Notes under the pieces: model-generated | Database searches by the model: none | The model's input: the letters and a program-made list of their open reading frames with translations, nothing else | What the model was told of the DNA's origin: nothing | Translations under genes and position numbers: made by a program | Shown here: piece after piece, positions 13,121 through 28,282 of the stretch | Position numbering within the stretch: position 1 is the stretch's first letter | How the letters are laid out: every line of letters begins with the position of its first letter | From: Eledone cirrhosa | Lineage: Eukaryota | Reading direction: 5' to 3' | Length of the DNA stretch: 64,000 nucleotides | Assembly (NCBI GenBank): GCA_964016885.1 | Contig: OZ024742.1 | Location: 245,396,001-245,460,000, forward strand

Positions 13121-13430
13121 TCTCGTTGCCTAACTAGCAAGAAGTCAATCTGGCTTATGTGCTTGCATGATTGGTAAGTGATTAGGTGATTGGCAGGTTT
13201 TCTGAAGTTAGTGTTGCAAATGGTTAGTTCACTTGCATCACAAAATTCAAGAAGCTTCACTCCTTCTTTGTTTCTTGAGCTATAACCATAACCACCATGT
13301 ACCCCAGTGTATCCATCATGGAGCTGTCCAACATGACCATTGAAGTCACCTGCTAGTATGACTAGGTCTCTGTCCTCTGTCACTATGGTTGTCTCTAGGA
13401 GTTTCTAGTAAAAGCAGTCTTTCTCTTCAT
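13121..13430 (-). mobile_element. RTE LINE AP-endonuclease fragment
   Basis: VILAGDFNGHVG...HGGYGY..RNKEGVKLLEFC...NTNFRK...ITY...SQIDFLL. Confidence 0.85.
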
Positions 13431-14014
13431 GACAACCTGAGGTTGTGGAAAGCTAACAAAGTTTAAAGGACTAGTAACTAATCTGACACATTAGAAATAC
13501 CACACTGAGGGTGGTAAATTCTTCTATAAAGAAGATAAAGGGTACAATTACCAATTGACAGTGAAATTGGAGAGGAGAGAGGAATATCAAAGATATATCA
13601 AGTTTTCTTCACATACATTTATAACTAAGATAAGAAATAGCAAAATCATGAAAGGAGAAACTTCCATTACACATTCAGCTATTTATTATATTTGATACTG
13701 CTGCACTTCACAAGAGACACAAAAAAAAAGAAAATTCAACAATAACACCTAATTTCCTTTTACAACAATAGCCAAACTGTGATAAGTAAATTAATACTAG
13801 TTTGTTATCAATTCTTTTCACAGTATTAGTGTAGTATGTCAAACAGATCAGATTAAGAAGAACATTTCTTTAAATTAGTTTAAATGGCAGTGCTAGTCAC
13901 AGAAAGCCAAATAGTAACAATTTAGTGTCTTTTCATGTTTATGAAAGATAACTGACTTTCTTGGATTCTGGTGTCTTAATTTTAAGTAAATATATATATA
14001 TCAAAAGAAGATAC

Positions 14015-14490
14015 TGACAAGACAAGCCCTGGCCACTTCTACAATGGTGAAGCTGGATGTCATATGATGGAAAAGCAACTCCATCAGTTTTCCAACAAAG
14101 CTCAAACTCTACAAGTCCTTAGTGACTTCAATCCTTTTGTGTGGATGTGAGAGTTGGAATGAAAAATCCAGTCATTTGAGCAAAAGTGCTTCAGTATGTT
14201 GCTACACATCCCATACATGGAGCACAAAACAAACAGCTATGTTAAACAAGTTAACAAATATGCTGGTAGACAGGAACCACTCCTGGCATGGTCATGTATT
14301 CTGCCACAACTCCTTGTCTAAATCCATCTTTCATGGCACTGTCAAGGGAGAGTGAAGAAGAGACAGACAGAAAATCCTAGTCCAACAACATCAAAAACTG
14401 CACTGATCGTAATACCGAGACCCTTCTACACATGACAGAGAATAGTGACCAGTGACAATAGCTGACTATGAAAGCATCTAGAGTGGCAAT
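14015..14490 (+). mobile_element. Old RTE-type LINE 3' fragment
   Basis: KLKLYKSLVTSILLCGCESW...WHGHV..HNSLSKSIFHGTVKG. Confidence 0.7.
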
Positions 14491-16679
14491 CAAACAACTA
14501 GCTGCACCATTGCAGGAACATAATGATGATATATAGGCACAGACACAGCTGTGTGGTTAAGGAGTTCACTTTGCACCCATGTGGTTCTGAGTTCAGCCCT
14601 GCCATGTTTTGTCTCAAATAGTCTCAGACTGACCAGTACTTTGTAAGTGAAATTTGGTAGACAGAAACTACAGAAGCCCATCATGCGTGAATGTGTGTTT
14701 ATGCCTGTGCCACATAACTTAGCAGTTCAAAACAAAAAACATCAAATATATATATGTATAAGAGATATATTTCAAAGCTTAGTGAGAGGAATAAGGGCAG
14801 CACCCATAATAATTAAGCAGAGCTTCTAAGACTGGCTAGAGGAAGTAAAGAAGACCTAACTCAAATATTTGCAACAGAATAGACCCCACTAAAGGCAGCC
14901 ATGAACTTTGTTGGGTATTAAACTAGTTGACTGATTGATTCACTGGCTGGTTATAGGTACAACACATTTCTTTATAGATGAATGTAGATCTAGGGCTAAA
15001 CAACAACTCAAACAGCCTTGATTTACCAAAGTTTAATTTGCCACAAAACCTCTTCTCTTCTTCCTCATCAGACTCAATATTGCTACAATCAACATCAATG
15101 TCATCAAGCCAATGCAGGAGCCTTTCTTTATATTGCTTTTTGACCTGTTTATAATAGCAACCTGATCTCTTTCAAATCACTCCTCACCAAGGTTTAACCC
15201 TTTTGTTACTATATTTCTTATGAAAAAATTTGCCCATGGTTTTCAAATAATTTTGAAGTTAATGAAGAATTTGAAGTGATTTAGTAATATAACTAACTTT
15301 CTAATTATTAATCTGATGTTTGCAATATAACTTAACAAAGGTTCTTCCATAAAATTATAATGGAAATTTTTTTTAATAAACAATAAACAGCTTAGTGACA
15401 TAGAACACTTGTGATTGGAAGCAATGAATGTTCAACACACAACAAATAGACTGGACCCCGACCGTAGTTGTCACATTTATTTCCTATGACATCATAAGAA
15501 TTCCCTGTGTCAGTCATGAAGTTCTGAATAGAAAACTAGTGTGTCAACCTTTTATATTATTTATTACCTGAGGAGTAAGTCTAAAATAGGATATTGATAT
15601 TCAGTATTACCATAATAAACAACAATTAAAAATATTGTAATTTTTTCACTAATATAGTCACTGGAATAATATAGTCACTTTCTTAGAAGACACGATTACT
15701 ATAATACTTTTTGTATATATTCAGATATTGACAGAAAATAGAAAAAAAAAAAAAATGATAGAGTTATATAAAATATACTTCACATTAGTCACATAAAAAC
15801 TTCTTCACCCATTTATTCCTGAAACAGTCATGGCAGAAGAGTTTTCAGCCACACCTTCCAGAGAGTCCTATCATAAGAAACCATATCCAAGTGAGAATAG
15901 TTGAGCTTGTGGATATTATCCAACAATTTTCCTCGGGATCTAACTATGGGTCTCTTGGCAGATGGTTTCATTTGTAAAATTTATGTGATTCCTTCCTTAG
16001 ACATTCTAACCAGATATCCTCTATGACAAATTATCAACATAAAAAAATTTACTCAATAATGAATTCTGTCTTGACTTATTAAAAAATCTTAACCATTTTG
16101 TTACCATATTTCAAATAATTTTAAATATATACAAAAATTTCAAGGAATTTAATAAATTAGCTAACTTTCTCATTAATAAGCTGTAGTTTGGAAAATAATG
16201 AGATTTTCTTAAATGAAATTACTATAGAATTTTTTTTTTTTTTAGATAAATATAATCATTTTAAAACTTTGTATCAGAGTATCAGAGACAGTTTCAGGGA
16301 ATTTAATATCAAAACAGTTAAATAACACTGGTGCATGGTTGTGAAACATGAGTATTGAATGCAGAGGATGAGCAGTGTTAGCATGCATGAACAATGAAAC
16401 ACAGACGAGGTTAAGGAAAATCTGAATATAAGAGGAATAAAATACAATATATAAGAGAGAAGAATGTTATGGTACAGGCATATAATGATGATGATCATTG
16501 TTTAGTGTCCATTTTCCATGCTTGAATGGGTTAGACAGGTTGTCGTGTTATGAGACAAGTCAGGTCAGGTAACCTTGTCTTGCTCATACAGCAAGACATG
16601 GCTTGGTTCCTATGCTTGGATGCCCTTCCTAATGCCAACCATGTTACAGTGTGAACTGGGTGCTTTTTGGTGAATGGAT

Positions 16680-16885
16680 AATGATTATTGGGTGAAGAAG
16701 TGCCAGGAGTGCCTAGTGGAATGAAGTTTTAGAAGAGGAAAGCTGAGGAAAACCTGGGCAAAAGTGGGGAAAGTGGATCTCAGAATGCTGAACCTCACAG
16801 AAGACAAGATGAAGGGACATGGCAACTGGAGGAAAGTTGTACTGGAGAAGACTTGTCTAACCCTTACAACAGAAAGAAGCATATA
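16680..16885 (+). mobile_element. RTE 3' fragment
   Basis: WVKKCQE...GKLRKTWAKV..DLRMLNLTE..WRKVVLEKT. Confidence 0.65.
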
Positions 16886-17865
16886 AAAACGATAACGATC
16901 ATCATGATGTGATAGCCTACTATACTAAATATCACTGCAACACCCATAGATGTAACACCTAGATAAAATTCTAATTCTACAGTCTTTGTCATCATCATCA
17001 ATGCCATCGCTTTTGTCGTCATCGGCATCATCAACAACACCATGTTACACCCATTTTTCATGCTAGTATGTGTTGAACAGTTTATTACTTTCTCAGACTA
17101 GACAGATCGGATGACCACGCCCTGCTCATACATTCCATATTTGGCATGGTTTCTACAAATGGAACCATTTTTTAGTGTCACCAACACTACCACTTTACAG
17201 GGTGTATTGGGTGTATTTTATGGTGACATCAGCACTAGAGAGGTTGTCATATACTCGGCCAGACAAAAGAGTCAATCCTCTCAAACCCTATATTGTCCCC
17301 GCTTGCAAATATCTGAATTTGCATGAAGGATCAAAGCAATGCTACAAGTAAAAAGTAGATTTGGTAGACTCTATTATGTCTTGAGTTTTGAAAATGTCAA
17401 TACCAATGACAAAGCTGTCACCAACAAATTCTAACAGCAATCACCATTGTCATGTGTCATTTCAAAGCTTGTTTTTTTTATTCTAACTACAATTTTCCTC
17501 TCTTTTGCATTAGCTAAAATTAGCATTCATCAACACCCTCACCACCTACCTACATTTTAACTATCCTTGCAGTATGTATCCCCCTTCCTCCTCCCTTCAT
17601 CTCTCCCCTTCCTTCCTTCCTTCCTTCCTTCCTTCCTTCCTTCTCTCTTGTTCTACAGTGAACAACAGTACGTATAACCTTTCATTTTCAGAAATGCATG
17701 TCTCTAGAATATATTGTTTGCAAAGTATTTACACCTCAATTCTTCTACTCCTGTTCTCACTAGTTTCCACCTCCATCGCCACAAGAGCAATAAATAACAC
17801 AAACTCTCCTCATTCAACTTCTACTCTTCACTTTTTTCAAAGTAACTAACATCAACAACAACAAC

Positions 17866-19380
17866 AATTGTTTCTACTTTAGACACAAAGCCAGCAATTT
17901 GAAGGGGAGGGAAAAGTCGATTAAATCGATCCCAGTGCTTTATTTTATCAACCGCATAAGGATGAAAGGCAAAACTAACTTCAGTGGGATTTGAACTCAG
18001 AATGTAAAGGGCATAACTATATACTGCAAAGTATGTTGTCCAACACTTTACCGATACTGTGAATCTACTGCCAACAATAAGGATAATAACTGTTTCTACT
18101 TTTGGCACAAGGCCAGAAATTAGCCAGTGCATTACTGGTACTTTATTTTATTGACCCCCGTAAGGATGAAAGGCAAAGTTAACCTCAGCGGGATTTGAAC
18201 TCAGACTGTAAAAGGCCGTAACTCTATGCTGCAAAGCATGGCGTCCGACCCTCTACCGATACTGCCAATCTGCCGCAATAACACTAATATATTGACTTGA
18301 AGATGGAAATTGCATGAATGTGGTCAATACAACCTCACAACATAATTCCAGTTGTCATTAGAGCTTTAGGTTTGTTACCATTAAAACACACAGAGTTATC
18401 TTGCGCAAATACACTTCATAACACAAATTGCTCTCCTACAAAAGACTGCCCTCATTGATACTGTACATATATACTCAGGAAAGTACTGTCTGTTGTCTAA
18501 GATGCAACACACAATATAACATCCAGTAATCATATTTACTGTACAAACCACCAATAATGATTTCTAATTTAAGTACAAGCCCATCAATTCTGAGGGAAGG
18601 AGAAGTTGATTATATCAACCCCGTTATTTTATTTAATCGACCTCAGAAATATAAAAGGCAAAGTTGACCTCGGCAGGATTTGAACTCAGAATGTAACTAA
18701 TAGCATGTTGTCCAATACTCAAATTAGTTTTTTTTTTAATGATTAATCATATATATATCTGTTAATCCACTAATAATAACAACAATAATATTTCTAACAT
18801 AGACACAAGGTCAGCAATTTGGGGAGGAGGGGTGAAAGTTGATTTCATTGACTCCAGTATTTTACTGGTACTTTATTCTATCAATTCCAGAAGACAATTG
18901 AAACTCGTAATATTAAAAGCCAGAATAAATATAGCAAAGCAATTCCACCAACCCACCAACTATAATAATAATAATTGTTTCTACTTTTGGCACAAGGCCA
19001 GCAATTACCCAGTGCATTACTGGTACTTTATTTTATCGACCCCGTAAGAATGAAAGCCAAAGTTAACCTCGGCGGGATTTGAACTCAGATCATAAAGGGA
19101 CGTAACTATGCTGGAAAGCATGGTGTCGGACCCTCTACCGATACTGCCAATCCACCTATAATAATAATAATGGCTTCTGATTTAGGCACACGTTGGGGAG
19201 AGGGGGGCAAGTTGACTAAATCAACCACAATGCATTACTGGTGCTTTATTTTATCAACCCCATAAGGATGGAAGGTATAGCTAACCATGGCAGGATTTGA
19301 TCTCAGAACATAAAGGGATGGAACTATATACTGCAAAGCATGTTTTTCAAAGCTCTATCAATACTACTAATTCACTGCCC
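17866..19380 (-). mobile_element. Cluster of ~6 SINE family A copies
   Basis: Copies at ~17866, 18088, 18560, 18790, 18975 and 19170, all on the minus strand. Confidence 0.8.
18293..18495 (+). mobile_element. R4/Dong-type LINE 3' remnant (RLE endonuclease C-terminus)
   Basis: DLKMEIA*MW...IIPVVIRALGLLP...LQKTALIDTVH(fs)LRKVLS. Confidence 0.6.
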
Positions 19381-19744
19381 TATCATAATAAAAATGATAA
19401 TAATAATATTAACTATGGGCAAGTGTCTTCTTCTATAGCCTCAGGCTCATCAATGTCTTTAAAGTTGAATTTGTTAGATAGAAATTCAGAAACCCATCAA
19501 CACTACTATATTTCTCTCACTGTTATATATTAAAACATGTAAGATAAATTATTTGTATTCAATTAACTCTAATGAGCTATTCTTACTGGAATGAATTCTT
19601 CCTTCTTGTTAGTCTAGTGAATCATTTGTATACATCAAATGTTTTAATAATAATCCTTGTTTAAACATTTGTTTCATCTTCGTTTAACGTCCATCTTCCA
19701 CGCTAGCATGGGTTAGACTGTTTATATATATATATATATATGTA

Positions 19745-20030
19745 GGTAGTGAATTGGTAGAGTTGTTAGAACGTTGGATAGATTGCCTTATGGTATTCAT
19801 TCCGGCTCTCTACTCTTTGAGTTCAAATCCTGTCGAGGTTAACTTTGCCTTTCATCCTTTCGAGGTCGATAAAAAAAGTACCAGTCAAGTACTGGGGTCG
19901 ATTCTTCCTCTCTCTGAAAGAAATCTGCTGTACTCAGGCCAGAGAGGGATGGGCTCCGCCAGGCTTAAAATGCCCAAGAAACGTTGTATGTCTATACAGC
20001 ATCCCTACAACTCTATCAGGAGTTACAGGA
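19745..20030 (+). mobile_element. SINE family B (A-type head, different tail); other copies at ~1005-1316(-), 8715-8970(+), 33315-33568(-), 43920-44200(+), 48760-49033(-)
   Basis: gtgaattggtagagttgttaga...gagttcaaatcctgtcgaggttaac..., tail gaaatctgctg...ttaaaatgccc...caggagttacagg. Confidence 0.75.
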
Positions 20031-20282
20031 CTATACACACATATATATATGTGTGTGTGTGTGTGTGTGTATACATGTGTTTACATCTATATCTTTGTTT
20101 ATGTCCCCATAACTTAGCAATTCAGCGAAAAGGAGATTGATAAAATAAGTACTGGAGTCAATATGATCAACTAGATCAAGGCACTGCTCCAGCATGGCCA
20201 CAGTATAGTGACTGAAACCAGTAAAAGAAGAAAAAATATGCAGTAAATCAACATATGGAAAATCTTTTTTTTTTAATGATTA

Positions 20283-20327
<45 letters not shown>

Positions 20328-20900
20328 CATGTTCTTATCTCACAGCGTGGGAAGTAGTTTGGGGTATAAATTCTTGGTAGGATGCAAACATTTTCTTCTT
20401 GAAATTGTTTATCTTCACCTACAGGAGATTTGTAATAACAGTAAAGATTTGTCTCCCTTACCTCTTTCCATGGTCTCTCTCTTCAACATTATGAATATTG
20501 AAGTCAACATGGCTAATATAATAAAATAGCTGATATAATAACTATTACAGTTGAAGTAAATGACTACAACATTTGAATATGGAACAGGCAGACAACATCA
20601 AGCTGTAGGATATCCCACTCACAGCAGACCATCTGTTCTTTAGATGATAGTGAATTTGAATGAATAGGATATGGTAACCTTTTCAGTTCCTGTATATTAT
20701 CCATTCACAAAATTAACATGCCTTATGCTAAAATGTGTGCTGGGAGGGGAGGGGGTGAGCAGATGCTAGCACGTATGCAGGTCTGGTGCTAACATTAAGG
20801 CCAACTAGGCAGCTGCTTAGGGCACAAACCTCAGATAGGTGCATTTCTTAACCTTTAAGGTTCAACAGTTGTATACAAATTTGTATAATTAAATATATAA

Positions 20901-21090
20901 TAATTGTTTCTACTTTTGGCACAAAGCCAGCAATTACCCCAATGTATTACTGGTACTTTATTTTATTGACCCCATAAGGAGGAAAGGCAAAGTTAACTTC
21001 AGCGGGATTTGAACTCAGATCATAAAGGGCCGTAACTCTATGCTGCAAAGCATGGCGTCCGACCCTCTGCCGATACTGCCAATCCAATGT
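20901..21090 (-). mobile_element. SINE family A
   Basis: Full copy. Confidence 0.85.
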
Positions 21091-21764
21091 CCTGTAATCA
21101 ATACATATATCACTAAACATCTTTGCTATGTAACAGCATTATGGAAATATCTAAAACAAAGAAGAGGGTCACATGGTGTTTGTATCCTATAACAAGATTT
21201 GGCATGGACTGTGTAGTATAAAATGCAGGCTCAGTAATTTTCTTAGTGTGGCCAGAGCAAGAAGTGTCAAAAACTAGATTTGTCAGTTTACCAAACTAAG
21301 TTATATATGAGTTACTGGGAAATATGGGAAATATATGATATGTAGCACACATGATGATGTACTAGAAACAAAACAGATTAGAAGAATTAAAACTTGGAAG
21401 AATAAGCTCATGTCAACAGGCATACTTGACCCTTGTCCGTAGGCTTCCTCAAAATTATAGCATATGTGACCCTTCTCTTTTGTTTTAGAGCCTGGGCCTA
21501 TGATTCATCCCAAATCCAAAGGTCCAAGGTAAGATAAGTTCAGCTATATATATATATATATGGACAGTGAATTGACAAGATACCAGACCTTATATGCTTA
21601 ACGAGTGGAGTGGAGCTTGTCAAATTGGACCGAGGAAACAATGTTTCCATCAGTCTTTCTAAATGCTAATACTATTGGTCGGTCACAAATCCAGGCATAA
21701 ATATATATATATATATATATCGTCCCACCCTTGCAAGCAGGGAAAGGTGGACGTAAAATGATGA

Positions 21765-21839
<75 letters not shown>

Positions 21840-22585
21840 TATAATGAATAAAAGTAATTGGGATTAAATTACATTAAATTATCTAATAGATTTACGAACA
21901 TTAGTTTCAATACAGTAGGAAGCACCATTTTATTTCTCTGTACCAAATTCCTCAGAATCATTAAACAATACAAAAAAAACATAATTATTTACCAACACAT
22001 GTCCGAACATCTCCATTTCGAAAATGTAAACAACTTTAAAATATAGTTGGGGAAAAAAACAACTAGATTTTAGATAAAAACTTAAAAGTCAACTCAATTA
22101 TTTATACACAAGAAGATAATTTTTTCAAAAATATGTGCTATTTCCTCTTTTTTTTATTTTTAACAAAAGGAAAGGAAAAAAATTAAGAATATTTGCTTAT
22201 TTTGAATCAATTACAAATGTTAATGCTTGCATACCCACATACCCTATGATCTCACAATATCTCAGAGCGGTATACATGAATCAGAAGATACTCATTACTT
22301 TCAGGATTGTTTCACAAACCTTTCAGCTACCTCCATCATCACCCTCATGCCAGGAATCAGTTGGACAGGAGCAAGGAGAACTGTAGTAGATTGACCATGT
22401 TGTGTATCAAGGCACATGAAGACCTAAGACTAAGACTATAGAACTTAACCATTTAGCATTTAAACCGGCAATAACCGGCCAGAATTCTCTCAGCTCTTTC
22501 TGTTCGAACCTGCTGTAACTAGCTGCTCATACTGACGTTAAGGTATTGTTCTCAAAATAAATAACATCAAAATCTTGTAGATATT

Positions 22586-22966
22586 CATCATCATCATCAT
22601 CATCATCTTACGTCCGCTTTTCCCTGCTTGCAAGGGTTAGACGGGTCCTATGCAGCACAGCATCTCTCCACTTGTCACGGTCCTTCGTTATCTCCTCCGT
22701 GAGTTTCAGCGATCTGAGGTCTGCTCTCACCACCTCTGCCCATGTTTTACGTGGTCTACCTCTACTGCGTCTTCCTTCTACTGTGATTTTTTGATACTTC
22801 TTTACCCAGCAGTCATCCTTCATGCGCATTACATGTCCATACCATCTCAGCCTTCTCTCCTCCACACAACTTATCCCTCTTATACCCAGTTTCTTTCTCA
22901 ACTTGTCTATGCTTGGTCGTTCACGCACATTGACATTGCACATCCAACAGAGCATACTTGCTTCAT
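22586..22966 (-). mobile_element. RTE LINE 3' fragment nested in a piggyBac-like MITE
   Basis: ERRLRWYGHVMRM...GRPRKTWAEVV; (CAT)n tail at left; interrupts the MITE at gatatt|ttatgtgag. Confidence 0.9.
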
Positions 22967-23583
22967 TTATGTGAGATAATTATGTGAGGTAAAGCCTTTA
23001 CCATGAAAATATAATAGTAAATATAGAGTAATGTAAATGCTAAAGGGTTAAAGATTCTGTAACACCCTTCACATGGCATGTTTCAGTTTGGTCTGCAATC
23101 TCACTTCACATCTCTGCAAGCAGGGAAGTGTGATGTGTGATAAACAACAAATTGCAGTTTCCCCTCTACCATTTAGCCTATCCATCAGTCTTTGAGACAG
23201 TAGTTACAAGAGAAAGGGACAAGTGCAATAAACTGGATGTGGTTGGCATTTATTCAAAGTGGTTAGCAACCAAGTATTGAGTTTGATCCTAATCTAGGCT
23301 ATCTATCTATATCTATGTATAAATATATATATATACACACACACATATATATATATTGATGTTTTGTTTGTTGTTTGGGTCTGGTAGGAAGAAAAGATAG
23401 TGATTGTAAAGTGGTATGGTAAAAATGTTTTGGTGTGTGAATGAGGCAGGGGGGGGGGGTCCATCTCTCATCTATTCTATTACATAGTAGGAAAACATAT
23501 CTAATCCAATAGTAACCAAGAAATATATTTCTGTACATTTGTAGTCTGTATTTGAATGTATTTTGGACTACTAAACTATTATA

Positions 23584-23650
23584 GAAGAAGAAGAAGAAGA
23601 AGAAGAAGAAGAAGAAGAAGAAGAAGAAGAAGAAGAAGAAGAAGAAGAAG
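23584..23650. repeat. (GAA)n microsatellite
   Basis: Perfect GAA run. Confidence 0.95.
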
Positions 23651-25083
23651 ACTTTAAAACAAACAAACAGCATTGTAGGACCTGGGACAATTCGAGAGGG
23701 TTTGGTGTCAAAATGGTTAGGTAACCAAATACAAATGCATAGGAAAAAAGTTAAGCAATGTTTTGGTAGCTGAATATGTTGGGTGGTGGGGAAAATATTA
23801 GAGAAGTGAACAGCTATTTAGAGGGTATTGTAATACCGTGGAAAATTCTCTAAAATAGTTTTGATTTCTCAATTACAACCATTTCAATTATGTTATTAAT
23901 GCTCTTGGGAAATTTGGAAACATTTCATTATGTTATTTTGAAAGAGAATATTTCATTGCTAGTTTATACTTAACATTTAACATCATGTAATTATATAACA
24001 GAATATTTCTAAAAAATAGGTTTGTGTCTTTAAAATGTTTATAGTATCTTTATTATTTCAAAGATCATTGTGAAAATTTACAGTATTAGAGTTAAATACT
24101 TTAACTTTTAATGTCATGCAGTCTTAGTGTTGTTTTGTACTTTTCAATAACATGTTGATAATATGGTTTCATGTAGTTTGCTAATTGAAATGTTTATAAT
24201 ATCTTTACTAGTCGACAAAGCATTGTAAAGATTTGTAGTATTAGAGTAAAGACTTTAATTTTTAATGTGATGTAATCATAGTGATGTTTTTTTACTTTTC
24301 AAGACTGTCATGCTAATGTGGTTTGATGAAGTACAGGATGAATTTATTTTCATTTTAAGAAAAATAAAAGACCTTTCTGCCAACATGCCTATATTGTCGT
24401 CCATAAACTTGAACTAATAGGAGCTGATTGTCAGATCTGACCAAGGAAATTATATTTCTATTGATCTTTCCATTGATCTTTCCATTGCTAATACTATCTG
24501 CTAGTCACTACTTCTGGAAGTGAGAAGCAGGATTTGAACTCAGAATGCACAAAGCTGGATTAAATATTAAAAACCATCCTGTCCAACTCTTTAATTAGTC
24601 CACCAAACCCCAATTTCCCAACAATACAGATTCGATCAAAATCAAGCATATTATTTTACTGCATCTTATTTGTTGTTGTTTAGCCCCAGGCCAGCCCAGG
24701 TATAACAGACAGATGTTTGGTCAAAGGCCATTCCAGCCATGACAATACTGTCTTTTCTTCTGGAATAGTGTTTCTCCAGGCACCATTATCCAATGTATCC
24801 TCTTACAAGATAGTAGGGTGTAGTTGGGGAGAGATTTCGCCACTATTTCTAGTATATCGAATGTTTACTCAGAAGCACCATCATTGGATCAATGAGATTT
24901 CCTCACCTGGAACTTATTTTATTGATCTTGGTGCAATTTAAGATACATCTTAGCAGGATTTGAACTTAGAGTAGAGAGAGGTAAAACCGAATACTACAAT
25001 TCATTTAGTTTGATGCTTCTTCCCTTCTTTCTGTATTAACATTGGATAGAATATTTTACAGTATTCATTCTGGCACTCTCAGT

Positions 25084-25295
25084 TTAACCCTTTAGCATTT
25101 AAACCGGCCACATCCGGCCAGAATTCTCTCGTGGCTATAACCGGCCACTGACACTGATGTTAAGATATTGTTCTCAAAATAAATAATATCAAAATCTTAT
25201 AGATTTGATATTATATGAGATAATTATGTTAAGTAAAGCCTTTACCCTGAAAATACAATAGTAAATATAGAGTAATGCAATTGCTAAAGGGTTAA
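25084..25295 (+). mobile_element. piggyBac-like MITE family 1; also 22445-23051, 57971-58199, 41823-42046(-)
   Basis: TTAA + CCCTTTAGCA ... TGCTAAAGGG + TTAA; ~210-230 bp; four similar copies. Confidence 0.8.
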
Positions 25296-27960
25296 TGAAC
25301 ATCTTTGATTCACTGTGAATGAGTAAAAAATACTAAACAATTAAAATAGGTCTCGTGAGAACCTAGAACTACTTAATCAATTGAAACACTGAACTACTTC
25401 TGGCCCTCAGTAACTTGTATGAATAATCTCAATTATAAATTTAAATGAATACAGAACACTTCAGTCAATCCTGTAGTTATTGACCCTTTTGATACCAAAC
25501 CACCTACAAACCACTCCTGGTTCTGTGATACTAAGCTGTTTATTTTAAAGTCTTTATATCTAAAAACTTTCCATCATAACTTTATGTAAGAACCTTTGTT
25601 AAGTTATATTCCAAACCCCAGCTTAATAATGTGAAAATTATATTACTAAATGGTTTCAAATTCTTGATTATTTTCAAAATTATTTGAAAGATCTTAGATA
25701 GTATCTTTCATGAGAAATATTTTAGTGAAAGGGTTTATCAATTGAAACTCTTTACTACTTCTTGTCCTTTACAACTTGTATGAATAATTCTCAATAATAA
25801 ATATAAGTGAATACTGAAAATGGCAGAACACTTCAGCCAATCCCATGGCTGATGAAACAAGGAAGACAAATAAAGTAACATTCTCAAGTGTTATAGTTAG
25901 CATTTGGAAGAAAGAAAAGGGCTTCAGAAAAACTTAGAAATGGTGATAGTAACTTCACTTATCTGATTATTATTGATGAATGGAAGGAAGTGTGGGTGGC
26001 AACTTTGAGTTGTTACATTACAATGAAGCAATTATGTTTTGGGACAGAAGGAAATGGTTTCCTGAGAAGGGGGGAAGAGGGAGAGAGAAGAGGGAAGGAG
26101 AGATAAAGAAGGGGAGAGATAGGCAGTAGAGAGGGGAAGATAAAAGGGTAGAGGGACTGAAAAGAAGGTTTAAGCCTTTCATTACCATATTTTCTCACAA
26201 AAGACACTGCCTATGATATTTAAATCCTTTTTATAATATTAAGAATTTGAAGGCATTTAGTAAAATAACGTAACTTAAATGTTCTTAGACAAAGTTATGA
26301 TGGAAGGTTTTTAGATAAATATAAACACTTTAAAATAAACAGTCCTGCATGTTAAAACCAAGGTAGTTTCTTTGAAACGACAAGGTATGTCCAAGGTATG
26401 TGGAGCATGGGGGAGGAGAGTAAGGAGAGTTCAGACTATAGATGATTCTCACATAGAGCAGAGAAAAAGAAAAAGTTAGCACTGGGTGTATTTTATCATG
26501 GTACCAGCACTAAAATTTACAGAGTGTACTGGGTGCAATTTATCATGACACTAACACTATTATAATTGTTTAAAAACAGAGATAGGTTCATACATCTGTG
26601 TAGTACTTTTAAAACATTTAAATTTTCTAAACATCCTGGCATTTCTGAACACACCCCAAAAACTCATGACACACATGCAGACAATGTGGTGTACAAGTGT
26701 GCAATGGTGTAAATGGTGCAATAGTAAAACAGCTGTTGCTGATAAACAACAACAGCAACTGCTACAATTTTTAAGATTACTAATAGCCATGTGTGAATGA
26801 GTTCAGGATATGTGAAGCTCTTTGTGAGGTTCAGTGGCCTCAGCTTCCAAGCGGTATCAGATTTGGCACTCCTCAATCTCCTCTAGTCACACACCCATCA
26901 GTGAGGTCCTGAGCAACATGGCAGAACCTGACGTGACCCAAGAACAGGAGCAAGCTCTGACCAACAAAGGCCTCTTTGTCCCCAGTATACAAATATCCAA
27001 AGTAACTAGGATGACATTAAATGCAGGTCTACCTTCAGGCGGATCAAGTCTGGCTTGAACCAACACCGCCTCGCCTGCCTCCATTCACCCTCAAAGCCAA
27101 ACAGCAGCACTTAGTTCAATTTCGTGCCCTCCTCATCAACCTGTACTCTTCTTGATGATGAGTTCATTCACATTGGAGTAGCCCAATGCCTTGGCCTCCG
27201 TGTGTGTGAGCCACACAAAAGCCATTGTGGGGCTGAGGTCAATGAGTTTGACCTACACCCATTATCATGCTGCCAGAATGCAGGCCAGTTCCCCTAGAAC
27301 ATGCTGCTCTTAATGACATATTGTGAAGGAGCATCAATGCGGGCAGCTTCCCATCACAACAGGAGCCAGTAGGCCTCAACCGTGGTGACGGAAAGCACCC
27401 CAACAGAAATACCCTCTTCCCTTTTGAAGGAGGTAAATTCCTCATCTGGGATATAACATGCTGTGACACGTTCTCCACTCCCAAATTAATCACCTTGGCC
27501 ACAAACCCCGGTACTGCAGAGCACAGGAAAATAAGCAAATACCAGAGCTTATCCAGCTGCTTCTTCTTTGCACTGGTCACTGTCGAGACCTCAGGCTTCC
27601 TTGGACCCTGGACATCCGACCTCCTCCGTAAAATCGGATGGATAGCAGCATGTCTGAGGAAGGAGCCCTGTTAGGTAGGGTGGCTGTTGCAGTTGGTGTT
27701 GCTGGTCATTGTCTACGGAAATGCCTTTGCCATTTTGCCTGTAGGGCACAGCCGAAACACTGCTCATACCTAGGTGCAAAGTCTGTCACCCTCTCCCCTT
27801 CCCTTCTTCCTTTGTCTAATAGCCCTTGTTCCTCTCATTTATGACATTTATAGTCCTTTCCAATACTGCTTTCTTTTTCTGTATGTTTAACCAATTTACA
27901 GATTACATACAAGGAGAGTACATCTATATATATGCAACCAAGGAGACTGGATGTAAAGTG

Positions 27961-28037
<77 letters not shown>

Positions 28038-28282
28038 TTATTTACTTTAACACAATAATTACTACTATCATAGCTCCCCAATCATCACTATTACTACTAT
28101 TACTTCTACTACTACTAATATATTATCATTTATGTTATTAACTACTACAATTATGGCAAGACACCTCATACCCCTCACCGCCATTGCAATTTACTGTTGT
28201 CACCACTCTATTGCCATTACTACTTATATCCTTATAATAAATTACTTTTACATTAACACAAGTTGTGGGGGCAGGTTTATGC

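Noticed and set aside
15040-15120. Minus-strand acidic peptide LLHWLDDIDVDCSNIESDEEEEK as a possible exon
   Set aside because: No convincing splice sites; more likely a transposon relic or chance.
21625-21660. ctgatggaaacattgtttcc on the minus strand as a hammerhead
   Set aside because: No stem II between the core halves; only a short palindrome.
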